Shown: positions 54,060-64,000 of the stretch, in pieces | Numbering within the stretch: position 1 is the first letter of the stretch | Layout of the letters: the number at the start of each line of letters is the position of its first letter | Made by a program: the position numbers and the translations under genes | The notes under the pieces: generated by a model | What the model was told of the DNA's origin: nothing | Databases searched by the model: none | What the model saw: only the letters and a program-made list of their open reading frames with translations | Assembly (NCBI RefSeq): GCF_964204645.1 | Contig: NC_134032.1 | Location: 9,474,275 to 9,538,274, forward strand | Length of the DNA: 64,000 nucleotides | Source: Tubulanus polymorphus | Taxonomy: Eukaryota > Animalia > Nemertea | Reading direction: 5' to 3'

Positions 54060-57000
54060 ATGCATTTTTCGATTCCCGACACGCAAGAATTACTGGATGA
54101 GGCGGGAAATTCATTCACGGTAGGACCCTTGAAATTGACTTAACAGCTACTAACTTTAGTTTTACTTAACTAACTTTTCTTTACTACTACTTTACTACGT
54201 ACTTACACGCGACTACGTTACAGCCAGGGCTCAGGCCATGACCTACAACTACCAAGCCTGGAGGACCGACGGAAACAGCTCCGACTCACTTTTATGTTCC
54301 GGGTAGTGGAAGGGATGGTCCTGGCAATTCCCGTTACCAGCTTCCTGACACCAGTTAGGCCAGGGCGACGTTCTGTTAGAGCTAAAAAGTTTGTTGACTA
54401 TTCAGCTGCAAGCATTGTAGATCGCTCAGTAAGAAACAATAGCAAACCTTTCGTCATCCCAACTGCTAAGACAGCAATATAGACAGTCATTTTTCGTGCA
54501 AACAGCCCTGGACTGGAATCATCTGGACGAGGAACTCATCCAGTCAAGCAATGTTGATCAATTTCGGCTAATGATCAACAAGCGCATGTTGCAGCAGTAA
54601 AACCCTCTGCGCACTCCACTTCGTTGCAACTGAGCCTGTTAAGGATTACAAGCAACTATACATATAGTCAGTAACCTGTCTGTGGTTTAGTTTCACGATC
54701 GGATATTTTCACAAACCACAGTCAGGAATGGGAAGGTCATTTTTGTATGAAATCTTCGTCAGCCAATTTGACTGACGAGTAATTTGCCTGGCATTTCATT
54801 GTCTCTTAAGATATCCGTCTAATTTTTGTTGTAATCGACGCACAACAGATTCGTAGTTTGTCTGATACCTATAACACCTCACCTGACGATCTTAATCCAT
54901 GTGCAAATCGGCCGTAAAGTGAGAGTAAATCTCCGTAGAGTCAACAGCTGCCATTTTGAAAATTACTGGAGGTGCTGGCACCTGTGGACTGAGGCCAGGA
55001 CAACAGCACAAACTAACAAAGCGAAACGACGAAATTGAAAAATATTAAGAAATCAACACTTATTCACATTTTTCTTTTACCAGAATTTATTATTTAAATA
55101 TTAATTAAGGAAAACACGAAGATTTGAAATATAGGTTGCAAAACCATCAAAAATAAAAATTGTCGTTTCGTCTTGGAAGTTTTATATAAATCCTTGTAGG
55201 TCCCCTTGTCTTATCATGCCACATGTGCAATACAGAGAAATGGCGGCCAATGGCGAAATTTGTGGAGAAATTAATTAATTTCTCAAAATAATGTTGATTA
55301 ATCACTCGAAACATGCATAAAATTGGATTATTTCGAAAGGTACCTGTGTAAGTTTGTGAAATAAGCCATTAATTGTGGACTGAAGTGGATAGAAAGTATA
55401 TTTTTGAAGTGTTACTTTTTTCAACCGTGTTTTGGCCCTTGTCATCCCTAACGTTGGTATAAGCCCATCCGATTATAAAAGCTTACCACCAACGATTAGG
55501 TAACTAACAACTATACATACAGATACAGAAGGCCTACTTCCTTACTTGACTATTACTACCGTAACTTAAGTAACGAGATGAGTAGTACTATATAGGTTAA
55601 CTATTTATTAGACGCACAAGCTTTCGCTACTAATGTATAGATCATCAGGTGAATACCGTCACTTTTTTAACAGAAGGCCTCAACATAGTTAGTTACCTAA
55701 TCGTTGGTGGTAAGCTTTTTATAATCGGATGGGCTTATACCAATGTTAGGGATGACATTGACAAGGACCAAAACACGGTTGAAAAAAGTAACACTTCAAA
55801 AATATACTTTCTATTCACTTCAGTCCACAATTAATGGCTTAATTCACAAACTAACACAGGTACCTTTCGAAATAATCCAATTTTATGTATGTTTCGAGTG
55901 ATTAATCAACATTATTTTGAGAAATTAATTAGGCCTAATTTCTCCACAAATTTCGCCATTGGCCGCCATTTCTCTGTATTGCACATGTGGCATGATAAGA
56001 CAAGGGGACCTACAAGGATTTATATAAAACTTCCAAGACGAAACGACAATTTTTATTTTTGATGGTTTTCCAACTTTTATTTCAAATCTTCATGTTTTCC
56101 ATAACAAATAATGAAATAATAAATTTCTGGTAAAAGAAAAATGTGAATAAGTGTTGATTTCTTAATTTTTTTTAATTTCGTCGTTTCGCTTTGTTAGTTT
56201 GTGCTGTTGTCCTGGCCTAAGTCCACAGGTGCCAGCACCTCCAGTAATTTTCAAAATGGCAGCTGTTGACTGGACGGAAATTTACTCTCACTTTACGGCC
56301 GATTTGCACATGGATTAAAATCGTCAGGTGAGGTGTTATAGGTATCAGACAAACTACGAATCTGTTGTGCGTCGATTACAACAAAAATTAGACAGATATC
56401 TTAAGAGACAATGAAATGCCAGGCAAATTACTCGTCAGTCAAATTGGCTGACGAAGATTTCATACAAAAATGACCTTCCCATTCCTGACTGTGGTTTGTG
56501 AAAATATCCGATCGTGAAACTAAACCACAGACAGGTTACTGACTAGCCTCAACAGTATAATTAAGTTATTGACCACTTTGGCAATGTTAATAAAATTTAA
56601 CGATATGCGCAGTCGCAGTTGATGAATGAACGATAGCCTTAGTATAGTTGTTAAATCAAAAGTTATGGCACGATTATTGCTAAGAAAAAAGAGACGTCTG
56701 TGTATATTGCCATTGTCGAAGTTAACAAACATTATGGCCCGAACATTATTACATAACTTGTTTTAAGATTTGTTTATTTACATGACATATCTGCACTAAC
56801 ATGCCATGATGGGCAAAAATTCAAGGATATATACTGTTACAGAAAATTGAGCTCAAAATTCAGTATTGGAACTCTGGCCAGCGTATTTCTCGCATGGGAT
56901 CTTCCCACTAGACTACCCGAGGCTCGTTGCATCCCACTGTAGTATCAGGACAATTATCCCCTGACGATTGCCCCCTGTCTCTAATAGTGGGGGGGGGGTA

Positions 57001-60000
57001 ATTGGAGTGGGGGGTAATTGTCTAGGGGGCAATAGACCTGGGGAAGTTGTCCCTGAACCCCCACTGTATGTTCAAACTGTAATCCTAGCCCTAAAACAAC
57101 AAACCCTAAACCTATCGAGCCCCTTACCCTATCCTAACCACCTCAATTCCTAATGCTAAACCTTATTAGAATAGTTTCGGCCTAATTGGTATTTTGTTGA
57201 TTTATCATATTAAATATAGAAGGTGGCATGATAACGTTAACTCAAATAATGCTGCATCGGCATGATATTCACTTCATGAAAAAATTTCAAAACTGAACAG
57301 CGACAAGAATGAACTTTTTTCTCAACAACTGAAAAATGTTAGGTCTAAACTGCATTTGAGGTCACATTTCCACTGGATGGTATAAATGTTATCAAGGATT
57401 AGGGTTACCTATGGATGGTTAGATTTGGTACATAACAATTTAGACTAGGGTCATCTAAACTTGCAGTCGCTGCCAATTTTTAATTCTGTTTTATTTTAGG
57501 CGTTTAATATCAATGTGAATGGTGTTTTTCACTGCGCTGTGCGATATAAACAACTTCACAACTTTCACGAACAGGTAAGGAGCCAATCATGATTTAGATA
57601 CTGATGATGTAAAGAGTGTTATAAGCGAGTTCAACTCTAATATATTAGGCCTAAAGATGATGATGATGATGTCATAGGGAAAGTGGGGATTTTATTGAGG
57701 CAACTCGCTTAAAAACTACTTCTAATCAGGAAATGCTTTTGATTCAAAATGCTTCCTTACAGCCCACCGCAGGTGATTTTTGATCGCCAATAGACGCCTG
57801 CGATTCGGTGATAAAAATTGTTGAATGTTCGCCCAGCTTGGGTCCTAATTTTGCTGGAAACTACTTCTTTTTCAGAGTCCTTCCTTTTGGGTCTGAAATT
57901 GCTGAAAAAGTCCTTCTTAGTACTTCTTTTTGTCCTGGCCTTACTGCTGGAAACCCTGTTGAAGGTGCTTGATACTCCTTTAATTTGAAAAAAATGCTGG
58001 AAACTCCTTCAAAACCCCTTCAATTTTGAGAAATAGAAAATTATTGATAATGCCTGTAGTTGTACAGTAAACTCTATCTAAGTCGGAACAAATGGTGCCA
58101 GGATTTTTTCTTCGCCCAATTAGGTAGTTACCAAATTTAAAACAGAGTTTAGGTACCGGGGTAGTTTAAGGGATGAAACCGAAATAGACAGTACACTTAT
58201 TTAGGAGGAGTGTTCAGTTGGGAGTTGTGAGTGATGGGGGCACTTCCTTGAAAGCCCCTTATATCTAGGAATGGCCGATCCGTTGGGACCTTGGTCTGTC
58301 CGTGCCCAGGATCTGCAGTTCGTCGCGAAACTACTGTTTGTTACTTCAGCTGACAGATGACATTTTCTTTTCAGATCAAAAAATCGTTTAGTTCAAGTTT
58401 AGATCTGCCTCCATTTCCACCGAAGAAAATATTGTCGCTCACATCGATTCAGTTGGAAGAGCGAAGGTGTCTTTTAGAACGTTATATACAAATCAGTAAG
58501 TTTAGACATGTAGTAAGTCCCAAAATATGTCCGTGATGTAATGGCGTATTCTGCAATAATCAACACATGTTATTCCTTGGGCTACATATTCTCAAAAAAG
58601 GAATTTATTTTCTTTTTTCCTCGCGTTTTTCAGTAAGTCAGGAACCTCTGATTTCGAACTCGGATATTTTCAATGGCTTTCTACTTAACGCACAACAGGT
58701 AGAGTTAATTTTCTTTTTACCGAAGCCTTGCATCCAGTTTCATGAAAACTTTGAAACTTAACATTATTGTTGATATCGAAAATGTGAATTGTTACTTAAC
58801 CCTTTCAGTGTGTCTACTCCGCAGTGCGGTGGATCAATCAGTGATAGATTTTGCTAGTACACCGCAATGCGGATGTAATTTAGTAATTATCTCTCTTGAA
58901 AGATGGCAGCACCTGTCAAACATAGTGAAATACTAGCAACTAACGATACACTGCGCCGCAGTGTAGACGCACTATAGTGGTTTCCCGTTATTCAACACAC
59001 TAGGGTGGAATTTTTTTAAATTTTCAAATTATCTCCAGCACTATAGGGTATTAATTAGTCAGTACTGAAAGGGTTAAGTGGAATCTCATTATATCAAGTT
59101 TCCGTGGAACAGAAAATATATTCTTTACATAACCGATATTTCGTTATATCCATTTTGAAAATTGTCCTATTTGGGCCAACGTTTTAGGTTTTGTAATAGG
59201 CCTCACCGATAAAGCGTTATATCAGAGGTCGTTGTAACGAGGTTCCACTGTAGTAGTATTCGAGCGGTTAAATCAAGAATTTAGTTTAGTTTCGACTCTT
59301 TCTTGATATTGGTCAGAAACTGCGCTAATTTGCGGTGAACGATTTTGAATTCGCGAATTAATGGATAGAACTTTCTTTTATCTCAGGAAACTCAGCAAGC
59401 CGAACCGAAACCGGTGACGTTAGACGTGTGTCTTATGAACGGACATAAAATAACGTGCAGCATCACCTCAACCGACCAGACCGACTCGGTACTAGAGGTA
59501 CGTAAACATACCCAGTCTCCAGTGTTTTCGATAAGAAATTAACAAGCCAGGTCCCTTTGAAAAACAGGAGGGTCCCATAATATGTCACTCCCTGAAACGA
59601 AAGCTGGTTTGAAAAAACAGGTGGGTCCTTTAGAAATGACAGACAGGTCCTGGGACCTGGCTCTTATTGAAAACACTGGTCTCATGGTGTTCGTTGAATC
59701 CAACTATAGAACAAAAATCAAATCATTCTTAATGATCTCAGTGATTGTCGTATTCTATGATTAGAAATCAATTCACTTAATGTTATAGTCAAATTCTCAT
59801 CAACCTGATGTTGTCATATGGGCATTTATCCTTGTATCCTCGGTCGAAGAGTTATTGCGGTAATTAATTTGCTGATATCAAAGGGGGATTTATTGAGAGA
59901 AGCGTCTATACGGGTATTTGATTATGTCATATAGGGGATTTTTTTGGGTCAGTCCTGGAGAGTTTTGAAAAATGGAAATTTTGCTTCCAGGGTCCAGTTT

Positions 60001-63000
60001 CACGAAACAGTTAAACTCTAATTTTCGCTACGTGTATAAATCAGTGATGGGCTTAGCTAGTACACTGCATTGCAGTGTATCCATGTAATTAGTTTTTATC
60101 TCTATTGAAAGATGGCAGCATCTGTCAAAGATAGTGAAATATTAGCAACTAATGATACACCGGGTAGACGCACTAGAGCGGTATGCCTGTTACCAAAATG
60201 TCAACAAAATGCGGGGGGGGGATATGTTCTTAATGAGGACAACAATTCAAACTTAACGACTCCAACTTTTCATGAAACTGAATTCCGTCCCCCAAAAAAG
60301 CTATCTTATCTGCGGGAAGATTCTTCAATGTCATTGAGGATCAATGGAGGCTGAATGATTTATTTACTTATAATATGTACAAGATAATAAACATAATTTC
60401 TTTGGATACAATTTCAAAGATGAATAGGTACATGTATAAGAACGACAACCCCGAGCCTTAGGGGCTGAGCCTGATAGGTGGATTGCCGTGTGAAAAAAGG
60501 AATTAATAAACTGAGTGATAATTACATATATAATAATAAAAATATAAACAATATAATAGAGATAAAGTTATGATTATATGATAGTAATAATGATAATAAT
60601 AATAATAATAATAATAAGGATGGGAATGATAATACGAAGTTTCTGTTTCTTCTTTGAAACGTAAATTTACTGCAGCAGCTTAAATCTCAATCTAAATGCC
60701 GTTATTTTTTGTTTTCGAAACAGAGCGTAGCGTCGAAGATCGAGTTGGGAGACGAGTTCGTTTATTATTTCGGTTTGTTTTTAGTCAGAAAAGAATCGAA
60801 CGGCGACAATTCGAGTAAGTGTTCGACATGCATCGGGTGACGTCGTGGCTCGGGTCCGTCTCCGGTGGTTCGGGGATTGGAATCGCTCGAAAACGATCGC
60901 TTGAAATTATTTTCGTCATTTTTCAGTCGTACGTAAATTACAAGATTTTGAGTCGCCGTTTATTTCATTGAAAGCCGCGCTGAAAGATGGAGTTCACAGG
61001 ATTGTATTGAGAAAATGGTACGTATTATACTATAGATGATGTCATAGGTGGATGCCATCCATTTTCTGGAATTGTCTATAAGGCACTTTCATGATGATGT
61101 CATAGGGGATTTATGGAGGCAACCATCTTTTCTGGAAGATCGTAAATTGAAGCAATCATTGGGGGATTTATGGGATTTATCTTTTTCTGAAAGGGTCTAT
61201 AGATGACTGTGCGATTCGATTTGAAATGTCAATTGTCATATTTTGGTATTTCAGTATTTGGGATCCGAGTATTGAAGATGATTTGATGGATAATAGAATA
61301 GCGATGAATCTTTTATACGTTCAGGTAAAATATCTTCTAATACTTGAAATACTAATAATGATAATATTATAATGTTATTATTATTGTTATTTTTATTATT
61401 ATTACTATTGTTATTACGTGTACTATTTACAGGTTACTATGAGTATAGAAGTAATAATAATATTAATACGTGACTTTAAAAATACCATCGTAATTCAGAA
61501 GACTAAAAACATACCGTAAGATTGAGTCCTGCGAGGTACCAACGATAGTTAGGCCTATTAAATTTCATTCACTTAATTTTCTAGGCTGTGAACGATATTG
61601 AACGTGGTTGGGTTTTAGCGTCTAAAGAACAACACCGACAATTAGCGGCTCTTCAAAATAAAGGCTCCAAAAAAGAGGTGAATATTGAGAAATAATTTTG
61701 ACGCGAATCTGCAATTAATTGGGTACCAGCACACATGAGATATAAGTTTTATGATCTTAAGATTTTTAGATCTTTTAAAAAGAAGCCACTATGTTTTGTC
61801 GACAGCCATCAGCAGATGGATTGATCATCAGATGGAATCGAACAAAGTGTGCAACTTTTTATTTGTTCATTTTTTTTCTTAGGGGATTATTTTTCCCCCT
61901 TCCCGCCATTTGTAGTTTTGTAAATTTGAATGTGTGAATGTGTGCATGATTGATGAGTATAGGTGTTTTGAATGCGTGTGAGGGATAGGTGTCTCATACC
62001 CGACAAGCGACCTTGCTTTAAATGAGCACCTACCACTGATATTGCAACATCCTTTATAAATATAAAATTTGTTACAATTTCTTGTGGAAATAAAGTATTA
62101 TTATTATTACACGTTTTACTATTCCACTGTTTATTTCTAGTATTTGCGTTTGGCTCGTACGTTGAAATTCTACGGGTTCATACAGTTCAAAGCGTGTTAC
62201 ACGGACTATCCTCAACCCGACTGTCGTGTGGTCATCTACGCAGGAAACAGAGAACTCGTATTTAGGGTACAAACTGCAAATGTAAGTCTGATACGAAATT
62301 CTTTATCAAATATGATTGGTAAATCTGAACCCCTGCCAGAAAAGTACCTTATTGAATCCCACCTATGATATCATCGAATTACCCCTAAAACTCTTAGATA
62401 AAAATGGCTGCCTCCACAAATACCACCTATGATGTCATCAAATTACCTCTCTTTATACACTTCCAGAAAAGATGCCTGCCTTCAATTATCACTGACGTCA
62501 TCTCAATTATCCATATAGACCCATCCACACAAATATGATATCCCCGTGAATGCTTTGAATCATCCAAATAGATATATGGCTGCCTCCATAAATTCCCCTT
62601 TGATAAAATATCTATAGACGGACTAATCCAGTCATCATGAATACATATATGTTTATTTTTTTGGTAGGACCAAATAAAAGAAGGTCTTTTCAAGGTCACA
62701 CGGATGCGTTGTTGGAGAATTACCACGACGGTATGAAAGAATTTGGTTCCATTGGTTATTTTGCTCCCACAATCAATCTAACGAATCAAAAATGGTGAAT
62801 GGTCTTATCTATTGGGGAGAGCTGAAATCCTGGCCCTTATTCATTTTGGACGCTCGTCAATGGAAACCCTTCGTACCTGTTAATCCCAGATGGCATGCCT
62901 AACAGCAAGACATTTCAAGCCCACTTGAAAAAAGGAATAACTCTATTGAAATGATGGATCCTCACTTGCCACAAGTAAAATTTTCCACTGTCGCAGTAGT

Positions 63001-63673
63001 TGATGTCCTACTGTGCACTAGCGCACCTGGCGGATTCTCACTTGCCACATGTGAAATCCTTATTGTCACAAGGGTTGATGACCTGCTGTACGCAAGCAAC
63101 ATCTGGTGGATCCTCGCTTGCCACTAGTGGAATCCTCTGATAACAGTAGTTTGTACCCTACTGCACACTAGCACACCTGGTGGATCCTCACTTGCCTCTA
63201 GTAGAACCTTTTTGCAACAGTAGTCGATGTCCTACTGCACGCTAGCGCACCTGGTGGATCCTCACCAGCCTTGCCACAAGTGGAATCCTCAATTGCCACA
63301 GTCGACTATACGCAGTCCTCGTTGATAGAAAAACCTTCGGTATATATTTCAACGATGTCATGTATTGATTGTTTTTTCTGTGTTGTTAGTATCCGGACTC
63401 TGTGAATGGAAGCGGCGATGATCACCTGTCGAACGCCGGTCAGTTGGAACTCGCTTTCGAGTATCTAATCGCTAAAGATACGTTAAAATGGATCCGAATC
63501 ACGAGTGAGGAGGTACAAAAAATGGGAAACTTAATTGTCATTAATTTTTGGGATTCGAGAACTTTTGGAATGAATGTTCATTTTCGGTTTTTCAGGCTAT
63601 CTTGATGAGCATGTGCCTACAGGGTATGGTCGACGAGCTGCTCATGAAGAAACATGGAAAACGCATGAAGCGG
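54060..63673 (+). CDS. SNX17: Sorting nexin 17 (PX + FERM-like), 5' part; exons 54060-54119, 57500-57574, 58375-58495, 58634-58698, 59387-59497, 60724-60814, 60927-61017, 61255-61324, 61585-61677, 62141-62281, 62668-62730, 63390-63512, 63596-63673; continues past the window
   Basis: MHFSIPDT...FNINVNGVFHCAVRYKQL...PPFPPKKILSLT...VRKLQDFESP...NDIERGWVLASKEQHRQL...FKVTRMRCWRIT...LELAFEYLIAKDTLKWIRITSEEAILMSMCLQGMVDELLMKK matches SNX17/31; all GT-AG, phases consistent. Confidence 0.96.
54230..54664 (+). mobile_element. 3' fragment of CR1/L2-type LINE (tail continues at 55520-55529 after an insertion)
   Basis: LEDRRKQLRLTFMFRVVEGMV...RQSFF...DWNHL, typical CR1/L2 ORF2 end; tail reconstructs as aactatacatacagatacaga. 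Confidence 0.7.
54665..55510 (-). mobile_element. Non-autonomous DNA transposon, TAG termini, 9-bp TSD (AcademH-like), copy A
   Basis: TSD ctatacata at 54656-54664 and 55511-55519; ends tagtcagtaacct / aggtaactaacaa. Confidence 0.85.
55686..56545 (+). mobile_element. Same DNA transposon family, copy B, opposite orientation
   Basis: TSD gcctcaaca at 55677-55685 and 56546-56554; ends tagttagttacct / aggttactgacta; reverse complement of copy A with few differences. Confidence 0.88.
58800..59073. mobile_element. piggyBac-type MITE (same family as 3834-4104)
   Basis: TTAA|ccctttcagt ... actgaaaggg|TTAA. Confidence 0.85.
62955..63305. repeat. ~72-75-bp minisatellite in SNX17 intron
   Basis: Repeated ggatcctcacttgccac...cagtagttgatgtcctactg..cactagcgcacctggtgg, about 5 units. 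Confidence 0.8.
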
Positions 63674-63779
63674 GTAAGCCAATCATAATTTCACTTAATC
63701 GAAAATGATAGTAATGCATGTAGCAATGATAATTTTTTATGTTTATATTCATCATGTACAACAGTGTTTCAGTTGTAGT

Positions 63780-64000
63780 AACTAATCATAATTTTACTGA
63801 TCGTTGAAGTCTAGTAACTAATCGTAACTTCGCTAAATCGTTGAAGTCATCGACAATGAGAAAGTGCTCATTCGTAACTACGGTAATCATAATTTTACTG
63901 ATTGTTGAAGTTTAGTAAATAATCATGATTTTACTAAATCGTTATCAAGAATGAGAACGCGCTCATTAGTAACTGAAGTAATCGTAATTTTACTGAATCA
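63780..64000. repeat. Degenerate short tandem repeat in SNX17 intron
   Basis: Repeated taatcataattttactga(t)cgttgaagt motif. Confidence 0.65.

Overview
AT-rich genomic DNA from an invertebrate animal (spliceosomal GT-AG introns; lineage not determinable from the sequence alone). Three conserved housekeeping genes frame the window: the last 5 exons of an OSBP-related protein (OSBPL1A/ORP1-ORP2 type, + strand, 469-6693), a complete 5-exon mitochondrial adenylate kinase 2 (- strand, 49399-53236) and, head-to-head with it, the first 13 exons of sorting nexin 17 (+ strand, 54060 to beyond the window end). Between OSBPL and AK2 lies a ~33 kb fast-evolving block with two notable parts. (1) A small spliced gene missed by the ORF track (12683-14690) encodes a signal peptide plus a six-cysteine beta-defensin-fold peptide resembling sea-anemone BDS/APETx toxins; it has a stop at codon 4 in this haplotype. 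(2) A tandem array holds at least 8 intronless, highly divergent SLC18A (VMAT/VAChT-like) MFS transporter copies (4 intact, the rest split or decayed, plus short remnants). The copies are mosaics of each other, and by manual alignment their amine-binding acidic residues are lost while arginines are gained. Mobile DNA includes a near full-length non-LTR retrotransposon nested in a TIR MITE, two inverted copies of a 9-bp-TSD TAG-ended element in SNX17 intron 1, a Helentron-like element, piggyBac- and Harbinger-type MITEs, a CORE-type SINE and several minisatellites. All homology calls were made by eye from recalled sequences; no database search was run.
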